From the NCBI GenBank assembly GCA_043228905.1, contig JBHGNT010000002.1, forward strand, positions 12,586,001 through 12,650,000: a stretch of DNA of 64,000 bases, in the 5' to 3' direction. Below are positions 1 through 12,900 of the stretch, piece by piece (position 1 is the stretch's first letter; each line of letters opens with the position of its first letter). A program made the translations under genes and the position numbers. The notes under the pieces were generated by a model. That model worked only from the letters and a program-made list of their open reading frames with translations, did not search any database and was not told the origin of the DNA. This DNA is from Azolla caroliniana (taxonomy: Eukaryota > Plantae > Polypodiophyta).

Positions 1-306
1 AATTATTCAACACAAATACGTTTCTGTCTCTATGGTGAGACAAAAGAGGAAGGAATAGGTTTTAAAGAAATAACTCTTTGCATGATGCCTAGGGGATAGA
101 GACAGTTACTATTAATGTAAGTAATAATGTATATTTAGCAATAATGGCTCCACCACTCATTATTAAGAGTGCATGCAATACCTTTACTATATTTATAGTC
201 TGACTCAGACTTCCCCAAGATTCCACTTTAGATAGTTAGTTGCTTTTGCCAAGATAATCTATAGTCAGTTTTTTTTTTTTTTTTCAGCTGTGTGCCGTAT
301 AGCTTG

Positions 307-1479
307 TCATTTTGCGACGAAATCCACTATGAATGGGTTTTCCGGCATTGGCCCGTGATAAGGTTTGAATCGAAAACCATTTACCCATTTCGGTAAAATT
401 TCGTTGTGAACGATCCAGACTGATCCTGTCCATCGAAACCAAAGCTTTCCAGGCATAGATCCCATTTTTGTTTGGAATACTAATATTGGTTTTCCGATTA
501 TGAATTGCCTTTCTGTTTGTCGTCGGTGCCGCTCCACAAATGCTTTCGTTTGTCGCTGCTTCCGCTCCAAATCCTTCATGGCTTGTATCTGGCTTTCTTC
601 TAACATCAACAAACCTTCTTTCCGAATTTGTTCCAACTGTAGCTCATCTAACCTTCCTGTTGCTTGAATTCAGAGTGTCGGAACTTGGAATTCTATTGGC
701 ATTACGGCTTCCAGGTTGAAAGCCATGCGAAAAGGACTGCACTTGATAGATGTTTTATATGAAGTCCTATATGCCCATAAGCCACTATTGAGTTTTTGAT
801 CCCAATTTTTACGATTTTCTTTAACTATCTTCTTAAGTATCGTCTGCAGTGCTTTATTTGTCGATTCCGCTAATCCATTTCCTTGCGGATAGTACGGAGT
901 GCTTTTCTTATGCACCACTACATAATATGTAGATAACTCATGTACAATTTTATTAATGAAATGTGTACCTTGATCAGTTACCAATTCTATTGGACATCCA
1001 AACTAGCACCATATATTTTCGTATAAGAATTTGGCTGTTGAGGTTGTCGTATTGTCTTTTAGGGTTTAGCCTCTACCCATTTCGTACAGTAATCTGTGCC
1101 GACTATGATGTACCGATTGTTTGTAAGTAGTGCGGTTAGTTTAAATGGGCTGACAAAATCCAATCCCCATTTTTGGAATGGCTCCAAAGGTAAGACAAGT
1201 TGCAAAGGCATTCTGTTTTTTTCGGTAGGTTGCCCCATTCGCTGACATAAATCACATTTTTGATAGTAGTCGATTGCATCCTTCATTACTATAGGCCACC
1301 ATAAAGCACTATTCCATATTTTCCGTGCTGTAGTTTAACCTGCATAGTGTCCTCTTGCAATGCCACAATGAGTTTCTCAGAGAATTACCGATTTCTCAAA
1401 TTGTCGTACTGCCCTTCTCCAAATGTCGTCCGCTCCTTTATGATACAGAGTGTCATTTAACAGAAAAAAATTCCAACTA
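307..1479 (-). pseudogene. Decayed integrase of an older OTA-like gypsy element (G0), the host of G1
   Basis: Minus ORFs 1059-1286 ([16 protein letters not shown]), 670-984 (TDQGTHF..STPYYPQGNGLAES) and 307-636 (KLWFRWTG, GPY/F-like); interrupted by G1 at TSD TGAAC 1480-1484. Confidence 0.9.
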
Positions 1480-1484
1480 TGAAC

Positions 1485-1874
1485 TGTTGGCCGGTCAGAA
1501 GAGCAAGGACAAGTGGGAAGGCGGAGTCGGATCGGATAATAGGAAATAAATAATAGTAGAATTATTATTCGGAGGGACGGATCTGGTACAGTTGTACCGA
1601 TCCGGATCCAGACCGATTCGGATGTCGGTTGCCTAAGCGCACCGATTGTAACCTTGCCGGATGCCTATAAAAGGATTCGATGATTTGTAAAGGGTGGGAT
1701 GGAAGTAATACAATAGTAATTATTGCGTGTTTATCTGTATCTTCGTATTGTTTACCGTCTGTGCTTAATTGTAATCATCTTACGCGTGTAACCTAGCATC
1801 CAATCCTTACCACCCCTTTGGAGAAGTGTCGGATAGACACCTGTGTTGAGGCTAGTCCGGCCAGGCAGACAACA
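1485..1874 (+). repeat. G1 5' LTR
   Basis: TGTTGG...GACAACA; about 3 transitions versus the 3' LTR by eye; TATA-like CCTATAAAAGG near 1663. Confidence 0.95.
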
Positions 1875-1880
1875 CTATTT

Positions 1881-1890
1881 TGGCGACCAC
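1881..1890 (+). promoter_or_regulatory. G1 primer-binding site (tRNA-Arg, probably UCG)
   Basis: TGGCGACCAC 6 nt after the LTR, complementary to the remembered plant tRNA-Arg(UCG) end ...GTGGTCGCCA; same motif in G2. Confidence 0.75.
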
Positions 1891-1926
1891 GATTCCTACA
1901 AAGTGCATAGGACAACCGGGGGATGG

Positions 1927-4900
1927 ATGTCTAGATCAAACGACGACCACATCACCGAACGAGGGAGATGATACACCGAACGCGAGCAACGACAGGAAGC
2001 CCTGCAGCAAGCCGTCGACGAGATCCGGCGGGATCGGTCATTCTCCAAAACTCTTCGGAGAGTCGCAGAAGAAGCACTGCAGTTCCGGGTTCTGCAAATC
2101 CCCGACGAAGGCAGTAGCATAACAAGCCTGCAAGAAGCGGAAACGATACTGCAGACGCGCACCGGGGGCGACGGGGACTCGGAAGCATTCGCAACACTTG
2201 AGGCGGAGTCGGAAAGCGACGGAAGCGTTGCGTCCCGGTATAAAAGCAACCACGACACACCAAACGACCGGGAGGACGAGGGATCAGAAGACTCAGTAAC
2301 ACCGGCGCCAGAGGAAGAAATAACCCTGGAATTCGGTGACCGGCAATCGCCGAGGGAGGCCGACCGGATACCGACAACAACCGCGAAGGAACCGAAGGAG
2401 CGGATACCGACAACACCCGCGGAGGAACCAAAGGACCGGACACCGGCAACACCCGCAGAGGAACCAAAGGTTCTCACACCAACGCCAACAGCGGACAGAG
2501 AGCGGAGGAAGCAGGAGAGTCAGTTGGACGACACGATGCCGTACCCATACCCAAAGTATCGGGATGAGGCCGACGCGGAGGCACACGTGTACGCATTCCT
2601 CCAAACATGGGAAGCCAACCATGTCTCCCAAAGACTGACGGAGCCCGAAGCCGAACGATCCAAAGTCGCCGAAATCGGCATAACCTTAAAAGGACCGGCG
2701 GCCCGATGGCACACAAAACACTTACCGGGCAGCTTTGCCACATTCGATGCCTTGAAGGCCAAATTCCTCAGGCTTTTTCACAGACAATTTGAGCAAAGGG
2801 AATTGGTCGGGCAATTCTACACCACCCGGCAGGAAGAGAACGAGACTGTGCCACAATTCATCATTCGGTTTCAGACCCTGCATAGCCAACTGACAAGAGC
2901 ACCACCCGAAGACGAAGCCAAAGCAGTCTTTTTGGCTGCACTGAAAGAGCCACTTCGAACAATGTGCGGAGTCCTTGATTTCCAAACCAGCACAATGGAC
3001 CAAGTTATTGATCGGGTTTTAGAAATGGACAAGACTAGCCCCTTCTTGTCGATGGGGATGTTACACCGGGCACTCCCAAAGGAGGAAGACCTGAGGTTCC
3101 GACAGGCCTTACAATGTACAACATGCCTAAATTCGGGGCACTCAACAGTAGACTGCACCACCCTGCGGACACAATGTACGATCTGCAACTCTCGAGCCCA
3201 TACAACGGACCGATGCGAATATAACCTGTTAAATCGGCAGGCAGCACCGGTTCGACACATAGAACCGCGCAATCAGAACCCGGACGAGGATCGATTCCGG
3301 AGAGACGACCGCTACCAACGCGAACGCGGTAACAGATACGCTGATAGAAGACGCGATAACTATGACCGAGAGGAGAGACGCAGAGATAGCTACCCCCGGG
3401 ACCGGTACGACCGAGACGAATCCCCGGAATACGAACGACGCAGAGAAGAGAGGCGACAAGGGAACCGAAATTTCCGACGGAATCAGAAGCGTGGATTTTT
3501 CCGAAGAGAGGAACGTCGGGAGGCAGCGAGGAATGATAACCCGGTATCGGTACCGGATAACCGAAAAACCGAAGACGACCGCCGGAGCATACCCACCCTC
3601 CAAACCGGGGACAAAGAAGAAACGAGCAACAGTCGCAAGGTGTACTGTTATTACTGCCATAAGGAAGGCCACTATAGTAACCAATGCCCAAGCAAAACCA
3701 ATGACAAGCAGCCGGAAGTCAACATGGTTACAACCGAAATAACAGAAGTACAGTAGGTCACAACCCGGTCAAAGGGAAAGACCGCCGAGTGGGAAGCCCA
3801 GGAGACAATCAGAAAACAAGCAACACAATGGATCAAGGAGGCCAATGAACAGAATGCGGCAGAAGTAAGAGACCAAAATATGCCAAAAGACAAAGAAATC
3901 ATACAGCCAGGAGAAAACCCGACGTGGCAAGCGCTACAGGACTGTCAAATCGTGCTACCGTTAGCATGACTACTACAGTTAGTGCCGCGGTTTACGGCAG
4001 ACCTACAGGCATCCGTCAGCAAACCGAAGCTGACGCCAGCACCGACATTCTTCTCCAACCCGGAGGAAGGACCAGCGGTGGTCGATACAAGGAGCCCGGC
4101 GATCACGGCAATCGTGAAAGGAAAGGAAATTGCTGGAACGATTATTGACGGAGGCTCCGGGGTAAATGTCATCAGCCAACAGACATGCAACGACCTGGGC
4201 ATCCGGGAATGGGAACCATGCCCCTTCTGGTTACGCATGGCGGATACCAGCTCAGTCCGACCGACCGGGCTTATCCGGGATTTGGAAGTAACGATCGGAG
4301 GCCACGTATTCCGGATATCGGCCGTGGTGCTGCAGCTGAATGTACAAGGCGTGTACCCCCTACTGCTAGGACGACCATGGCTGCGAACGGCGCATATCAA
4401 GCAGAGCTGGCAAAAGAACATGATCACATTCCGGCGAGGGAAAACAAAGGTACGAGTAACGACGCAACCACGGGTGATCACCAGTAAGGAAGCAACTCCA
4501 TTGTATGCGAAAAGCATTAACATGTTGGAGGGATTACCGGACGAGGAAGTCGAGCGGTACCTCGAGGAACACCCACGAATCGTCCCACTATTTGAGGTGG
4601 ATATCACGGCGGCAGTAGAACCGTACATTACGACGCCGGATGAACCGGACCAAGCGGCGATCCGGGAACTGCGACAAGCGCAGGAATCCCTAGAGAGGGA
4701 AATGACGATATCCCAGAGGGTAAAAGCATCCCAACTTGAGGAGGTGGACCTCGGCACAGCAGACAAGCCCCGACCGGTAAATGTTGCAAAGGAATTGCTG
4801 AAGGAAGAAAAGAAGGCAATGGTAGCATTATTAACAGACTTCAAGGATGTGTTCGCGTGGTCGTACGAAGACATGCGAGGGCTGGACCCCCCAGCTCTAT

Positions 4901-6191
4901 CAGCACCAAATTCACCTAAGTACGGACGCAAAACCGATCGCTCAACGAAGGTACCGGATGAATCCGATTCTCGGCATCCGCTCGGAAAATATGGCAGAGC
5001 GGACTGTGGTGGCCGACCACCCTAAAAGATGCCATGAAGTATAACAGAGAATGTGATTTGTGTCAACGACTAGGCCAACCCACAGAGCAGGCCCGGATGC
5101 CACACCACCCGGTCTTGCCCTTGGAACCGTTTCAAAAGTGGGGGTTGGACTTTGTCGGTCCCTTCAAACCACCGGCAATGCGAACCGGAAATCGGTATGG
5201 CATAGTGGCGACCGACTATTGCACCAAATGGGTAGAAGCAAAGGCCTTACGGGACAACACGGCCGCGTCCACGGCAAAGTTTCTGTACGAGTGCATATGG
5301 TGCCGGTATGGATGCCCGATCGAGCTTATAAGTGACCAAGGAGGACATTTTCTCGGGCAGGTAGTAGAAAGCCTGACGTCATTTTATGCGGTGGTACATA
5401 AAAAGAGTACTCCCTACTACCCTCAAGCCAATGGACTAGCGGAATCAACGAACAAAACTCTGCAGAACATCCTATGAAAAATCGTCAACGAGAACCGGAC
5501 CGACTAGGATACGAAATTGCAAAGCGCGCTATGGGCGTACCGAACAACCTACAAAACCAGCATCCGGACAACCCCGTTTCGGCTAGCATTTGGTTTAGAA
5601 GCGGTCATGCCGGTAGAGTTCCGGATCCCCAGCTTACGGATTCAAGTGAAGGAACAGTTAAGTGAGAATGAGTCCGAACGAATCCGGTTGGCGACGTTGT
5701 TAGAATTAGAAGAAAACCGAATAGCCAGCTTACTACAACTCGAACTGGAGCAAAGGAGGAGAAAAGCTTTCGTGGACCGACACCGGCGTGGCAACGAAAA
5801 GGAGTTCAAAGTCGGGAAACCGGTGCTACTATTCCAGACACGAATGGGGAACATGCCGGGAAAGTTGCGGTTTCGGTGGACCGGACCGTTCTGGATCACC
5901 AAGGAGTACAATGGGTCGTATCAGCTCGGCACGTTGTCTGGAGATGTCATCGGCAAGTGGGCAAATGGGTTTCGGCTAAAGCCGTATAAGGGAAATATGC
6001 CAGCAAACCCGTTCAAGCAAAACCCGGAAATTCGGCAAGATGAGGAACCGACATCGACAGACGCTATTGAGGATATTCGGACCGAGGAAGAACCGACACC
6101 GATACTGACAAAGAATATCCCGGAAAACCGACAGAAGGATCCGGTATCCACACGAACCGACCCGAACAAATCGGGGGGGACCAGCAAATGA
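1927..6191 (+). pseudogene. G1 gag-pol (Gag with 3 CCHC knuckles, protease, truncated RT, integrase)
   Basis: One frame from ATG 1927 with stops at 1969, 3754 and 3967; CTTCLNSGH, CTICNSRAH, CYYCHKEGH; protease IIDGGSGVN; RT N-terminus DVFAWSYEDMRGLDP, frameshift near 4890, then fused near 4970 to integrase (KIWQSGLWWP, WGLDFVGP, ISDQGGHF). Confidence 0.92.
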
Positions 6192-9134
6192 CGTGGTCCA
6201 AAAAAAAAAAAGAAAAAAAAGAAAAAAAACCAAAGAAAAAGAAAAAGAAGACACGAATCATAGTAATGATGGGGAGATCACAAGAGGTGGGAGCGCCACC
6301 ATGCAACGAAGAGGCGCCATGCATTAAAGAAGGACGTGCGCGTACTTGCTATTTAAAGCATGGAACGTGGACACTCACACGCGGCAAACAAGAAAGGACA
6401 TACTAATTATGGCGGGAGAGGAACATGTGCGGGAAACGAAAAAGGGCGGCTCGAGGCAAAAGCCACTATATAAGACATAGGCCTGCGAAGGGCTCACTTT
6501 TTACGAATTTTCCTACATACAGGCGCAGAAGCACAGAAGAGCGATCCGACGCACAGAGCACACACAGCGCGATCCCGAACAACAGGCAGCAGAAGAAGAA
6601 TTCGAAACAATGGTACTGTCGGAAGAGGCACGCCAATGGATGAGGGAGAACGGGTTAAAAGGATTGTTGCGGATCGCCGACGCTCCACCACACGCAGAAC
6701 CAGAGCAGGCGGCAGCATCAATCGATTTGTCAGAAGTCACGAAAGGAGCGGTGCAGGCGCTCACGGGGATAAAAGCAGGAGGACTTCAAACAATCGAAAA
6801 CCCTTCAAGTGAGATCCTGTTCGAATATTTCGTTGAGTACTCTAACAGCAACAAGGCGTACCGAACGCAGGGCGGAGAGAACCTGCTGTTCGGAGAAGTG
6901 GCCCGCGCCATGATGGAATACGGATTTGTGAATCCCCGTCCCCCGACCATAGCCAAGTACCGGGCAGCGTTCTTAATAGCAGCGTACGAAGGCTTACAAA
7001 TAGACTGGCTCCATTTCATAACCGAAGGATTGAAGGAGGCCATCAAAAATTTTGTGGAAGGAAAAAAGCCATGGGCCGAGATAGCACAATGGCTAATGGT
7101 GTTAGTCCCATCGGTGCTCCCGATCACACAAAAGAAAAGAGGTCGGCAGGAGACGATGCCGAAAAAAGTCACAAAGCGCCGACAGATCTTGAAGAAACAC
7201 ACCCCCGGATGGACCCAGCAAGAAGCAGAACAGCAGGGGGAAGGACCATCCCGACAGCAACAGGAACCGGCAACAAAGGCAAAACCGGCAGGTAAAGGCA
7301 AAGGGAAATCGGCCGAGGAGGAACCGGTAGCGCACAAACCAATCCATATAACGCTGCGATGGCCGGAACCGGAACCAGAGGACTTTATACAAAAGGTCCA
7401 TCTGGTAACCGCACTAGAGGAGGAAGCTGAAACAGAAGACTCATCCGAACCACTGGTAAGACTCCCAGCAAGACAAGGTCGGGAGAAACGGGCGAAAGGA
7501 CCGGCTCCACCAGTGAACAGAACTCAGCAGAGGGCGCAAGGACCACCTCCAGTAGCCGAGGCGGAAACAACACCGGAACCCGTACCGAGGGAAGCAGCAC
7601 CGACACCGGTTGTGCCGGACTTCAGAGAACCGGTCATCCCAGAGAAGAAGAATGAACAAGCGCCGGAGCCAGAGAAAAGGCCGGAAAAACAGCCTGAGTT
7701 AAGTGAGCAAGGCCACCCCGACACAGGAAGAACAAAGCCACAATGGCTGAGATGGCTTTCGGAGCAGTTATCGGGAGTAGCGGACCAGTTAGAAAAAGAA
7801 GAAACGTGTAGGCAACAGCTGACGCATACAAGAACTCAGGAGTTGGTCGCGCTCCGAACACAGATCGAGGAAATGCAAGGGGAGCTATTGCAGGCAAGGG
7901 AAGGAATTCAACAAGCACAAGTTGTCACCGAGCCGGTCGGGACAACAAGGAAGCAACCAGAACCGGAACCGGAACCGGTAGCCTTGCAAACCGGCCCTGA
8001 GACCGAAAAAATAATAGAAACCTTGCGAGAGGAGTTAAAAGCTCAGGAGGCATTAAGGGAAAGAGAAAGGGAGCAACGGAAAGCGGTGGAGGACGACAGA
8101 CGAAAAATGGAAGAAGGCCTCCGAAAAGGTCGAGCCGCTAATGACCGACTGCAAGAAGAAAAAGAGAAGCTGCAAAAGGAGAAGGACCGACTGCGTCGCC
8201 ATGCCGAGCAGGAGATAGAACGACTGCAGGAAGAACTCCGACAACAGAAGGACCGGGACGATCAGTTAAGAGCTCAGCCAAACCGACGCCTGAAGCAGAA
8301 GACAGAGGACTTCGACCGTCTCTACCGAGATCACAAGCAGGCCGAGTCGGACAACAAGAAACGGGCAGCAGACTACGACCGGCAAATAGAAAAGCTGAAA
8401 GAACAACTCAAAGAGACCCGATTAGACCTGGCTAAGGCAATAGATGAGGTCAGTGCCAACAAGGAAGCATTGTCGGCGGAAATAGCCCAAGCGACGGAGA
8501 GAAGGAAGGAATTAGAGGCACTAAGGCGGGAAAAGCTGGATCTGACCAAGATCAGGAATGAAGAAAAGGAAAAATCGACCTTCACGATCAGCAAACTGCA
8601 AAGTACCTATGAAAAGCAGAAAGCGGATTACGAGGCCCAGGCTCAGATAATGGCCGACATTATAAAACGGGCAAGGAAGGAAAAGCAAGAAGCTTATGCG
8701 CATGCTAAGGCGGGGGTTGACCGGATCAAGCTCATCATGTCAGGATGGAGTACCCGAGCTCAGGCAAACATCAATGAAAGTACGGAAAAGTTATGGAAGG
8801 AGTGGTCACAACAGGCAGCCAAGCTGCAGACACTCCGAGCGGATGCCGAGAATCGGAGGAAGACCGGTGACAAGTTCTACAAGATGGATGAGGAAAGTAT
8901 CGTCGCCATTCGGGAAGAATTGTCGGAAGATTTCTACACTTTAGCGGAAGAACATCTCAAAGAAATCTGAGGGTTGGTAGAGAGGTTGGATGATGGGCAG
9001 CTCGCAATTCAGTTGGAGTTGGAGAGATATGAGCAGGACCGGTTACGACAGGAAGCTAAGGGAAGAACGACGCCAATCACTATTGGTGAGGGAACGCGAC
9101 CGGCTGAAGTTGAACCAACTGACACCGAACAATC

Positions 9135-9601
9135 TGTTGGGATTTTCGGTCCCTCCGGATGGGATGTCCGGAGATGAATGACGGCAAGCCCGGTTACGGT
9201 TACGGAACCGGATGAAGATACAGGTCCGGTGAGCGCACTCTCCGGATGATGAAGAATACCCGGTATGAAGCCGGATGAAGAGTACCCGGATACGGATCCG
9301 GATGATGAAGTACCCGGATACGGATCCGGATGATGAAGACCCCGGCTACGGAGCCGGATGACGAAGACCCGGCTACGGAGCCGGATGACGAAGACCCGGC
9401 TGCGGAGCCGGATGATGAATGTACCCGGAGAGAGATCCGGATGCGGGGACATATTTATAAATATGTTTGCCAAGAGCCCTTGAGGCTATATGTGTAAATA
9501 GTCCGAAAGTCATATGTGTATAAATATGACTTAGGGCAAACAATTTTTGTTGTTGCTCATATTTTTTTTCTGTTTTCACTTAGAGAGAGTGAAGAGAGCA
9601 G

Positions 9602-9632
<31 letters not shown>

Positions 9633-9895
9633 GAGGAGGTCGTTGCCTCTGTGTATTACCGCCGCTTGTGGCGAAGATAGTGAGCTCAAGGTTGTTGCCT
9701 TGAAGCTTCACCATTGTACATCTCTGTTCATAGTGATAGTTGGAGTTTGAGGACTCCCGTGGTTTTTCCCATTTAGGGTTTTCCACGTAAAATATCCTGT
9801 GTACTCTCCTCTCTATTGTCTTCGGGTACTTTGTATTTCCTATTTTCTGGGAGTTAATCCTATTGATCGGTTGTGGCCGAGCACCGATTGCAACA
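9135..9895 (+). repeat. C1 5' LTR with 27-bp U3 tandem repeats and (GA)n
   Basis: TGTTGGG...GCAACA; repeats such as GGAGCCGGATGACGAAGACCCGGCTAC around 9240-9445. Confidence 0.95.
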
Positions 9896-9925
9896 AGTGG
9901 TATTAGAGCACGGTTAACACAGAAA

Positions 9926-12900
9926 ATGGAAGGCGGAGGTAGTGGGCCTCCGGGCATGATGGTGCTGAATGCGCAGAATTACGCCGACTGGAAGATCAAG
10001 ATGGAGGATCTTCTTATTGTTCGGGACCTGTACGAACCGATTGACAGGTCGGAAATACCGAAGGGGGTACTTGAGTCGGAATGGAGGCTTCTGAACCGGA
10101 AAGCCGTTGCAACCATTCGGCAATACGTCGATGTAAGTGTTCTGCAACATGTGGCGAACGACACCAACGCATACGAGATGTGGCGGAAGCTGTCGGGCCT
10201 CTACGAGAGGAAGAATGCGTTGAACCGGACCTCCCTGATGAGGAAGATAGTGAACCTCAAGTACCGGGACGGCGAGAGTATGGTGGAACACGTAAGCACG
10301 TTCATGGGATTCGTGAATCAGCTTGCGGCGATCAAGTTCCCGCTGGAGGATGCAATGCAAGCCATCATTCTGATGTGTACATTGCCGGAAAGTTGGGAGA
10401 ACTTGGTGGTGACTCTCAGCACCTCCTGCACCGAAGATAACTTGTCTTTACAAACGGTAAAGACAAGTATTTTGAACGAAGAAGCGCGTCGGAGAGATAA
10501 AGAACCGGCCTCCGACTCGAAGGCGCTGCTTACCGAATCGGAACGGGGAAGACAATGGAACCGGAGTCCGCAAAGACGGGAGAAGTCGGGGACCCGGTCG
10601 CAGTCAAGAGGAAGACCCACATGCTTCCACTGTGGGAAGCCGGGGCACTTCCGGAAGAATTGTCGGCATTACCGAAAAGACAACGGAGCCGACGACACCG
10701 ATTCGAAGAAGTCACCGGAGCGAAACGGTGCATACCGGGGAGCCACGGACCGGAGGGGTCCGGATCGGCGAGGGCGGGACCGGAAAGGAACGACGGCACT
10801 CGCGGCAAGTGAAGAGGAGATCATGCTCATTACCGAAGAGAGGGAGCTGAACCTTGCCGGTGAAGAGATGACCTGGGTGGTCGATTCCGGAGCATCGTTC
10901 CACCTGACCCCGGAGAAGAAATACTTCTCATCCTACACAGCCGGTGAGCATGGCTGTGTCCGGATGGGAAATGAAGGTACATGCCGGATTGCCGGCATAG
11001 GAGACGTGTGGCTGATGACATCAACCGGATGCAAGATGCTGTTGAAGGATGTCCGACACGTTCCGGAGGTTCGATTGAACCTGATTTCGGCCGGGAGGCT
11101 AGACGATGAAGGCTACACGGGTAGCATCCGGAACGGTGTCATGAAGTTCAGCAAAGGGAGCCTGATAGTGGCTCGGGCCCGGAAGGTCAACACACTGTAC
11201 CTGATGAATTCCCGGCTATGTCCGGAGGAGCTGAACGTGGCAGCCGACACTGCCGGTGAGCTGTGGCACAAGAGACTGTGCCACATGAGTGAGAAGGGGA
11301 TGAAGAGGCTTGCCGAAGACAACCTGATACCGGTAAAGCTCGTACACCTGGGGAAGTGTACCGACTGTCTGGCCGGTAAGCAAAACCGGACCTCCTTCCG
11401 CTCAAGACCACCGATGAGACGTGGTGTACCATTGGAGTTGGTACACACTGATGTGTGTCAGGTAGAAACGAAGTCACATGGCGGAGCCCAGTACTTCGTA
11501 ACATTCATAGATGACCATAGCCGGAAGCTGTGGACGGCACCATTGAAGACAAAGGACCAAGTATTGTCCGTCTTCAAAGAACTCCACGCGAGAGTGGAAA
11601 GGGAATCCGGCAAGAAGCTGAAAGCAATACGAGCGGATAACGGAGGAGAATACCGAGGGCAATTTGAGGAGTATTGCCGTTCGATGGGAATCCGGCTCGA
11701 GTTCACTGTGCCGAAGACGCCGGAACTGAACGGGCTGGCCGAGAGGATGAACCGGACCATAATGGAGAGGGTCCGGAGTATGCTTGCACATGCGAAATTA
11801 CCCAAGGGGTTTTGGGCTGAGGCAATGTCGACGGCGACATACGTGATAAACAGATCACCCTCAGTACCTTTGGACGGAGACACGCCGCAGAGAGTGTGGA
11901 CCGGCAGGGAAGTATCCTACCGGCATCTGAAGGTGTTCGGGTGTCTCGCATACGTGCATGTGGCAAAGGACCGGAGAGGAAAGTTAGATCCAAAGACCCG
12001 GCCATGCATATTCCTCGGTTACGGCGACGACGAGTTCGGCTACCGAGTATGGGACCCGGTCGACAAGAAGATATTCAGGAGTAGAGATATCATCTTCATG
12101 GAGGACAAGACACTCGCCGACTGGGAGTCGGAGAAGAAGATGAAGAGCTCCAAGTCGACCGGTGAGGATCAACTCTACGAGGAGCAGTCCCGACCGGCAA
12201 GGGACCGGTTAGCACTCGAGGATCCGGCCGAAGACGGTGAAGAAACAGAACCGGCCGAGGAAGATGAAATTGATACCGGAACCGGTCCCGATCCCGAAAT
12301 GGATTCGGATGAAGAAGAATCGGAAGAACCGGTTACCGAAGCTCCGGAACGGAGATATCCTCTAAGAGAGAGAAGGGCCCCCCGGAGATTTCCGGAACCA
12401 GAGCACGTGCTGCTAACCGACGAGGGGGAGCCGGAGAGCTTTGAAGAAGCGAAGCATGACACCCATAGCCGCAGGTGGCTAAGTGCCATGCAGGAGGAGA
12501 TGGATTCCCTGCATGAGAACCACACATATGAACTTGTGGAGTTGCCGAAAGGAAAACGGGCACTCCGTAACAAGTGGGTGTTCAAGCTGAAACCGGGAGA
12601 TACCGGAAACCCCCCGAGATACAAAGCCAGGATCGTGGTGAAGGGGTTCCAGCAGAAGAAGGGCGTCGACTTCGACGAGATATTTGCCCCGGTAGTGAAG
12701 ATGACCTCCATCCGGACGGTGCTGAGCATAGCGGCAAGCATGGACCTCGAGGTAGAACAGATGGACGTGAAGACGGCATTCCTTCACGGTGACCTCGAAG
12801 AAGAGATCTACATGCAGCAACCGGAAGGATTCGAGAAGAAAGGGAAGGAGCACCTGGTATGCCGGCTGAAGAAGAGCCTCTACGGACTGAAGCAGGCTCC

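Noticed and set aside
1-300. G0 3' LTR or its own 3' tRNA-like motif
   Set aside because: No LTR boundary, motif or partner repeat can be identified within the window.
3754-3756. Programmed stop-codon readthrough between gag and protease
   Set aside because: The TAG is simply explained as CAG>TAG, and other C>T-type stops occur at 1969 and 3967; it cannot be supported from one copy.
3945-4931. Long antisense ORFs (also 1896-2477, 3035-3691, 12175-12741, 40090-40872)
   Set aside because: Shadows of GC-rich sense coding frames with no motifs.
6610-8970. Host SMC/myosin-like gene or retroviral env
   Set aside because: It lies inside the LTRs of related elements, has no introns, and shows no signal peptide or transmembrane segment; any similarity would be generic coiled coil.
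9240-9445. CRISPR-like array (also the 14-bp repeats at 16225-16310)
   Set aside because: Head-to-tail repeats with no unique spacers, inside LTRs, in a eukaryotic context with no cas genes.
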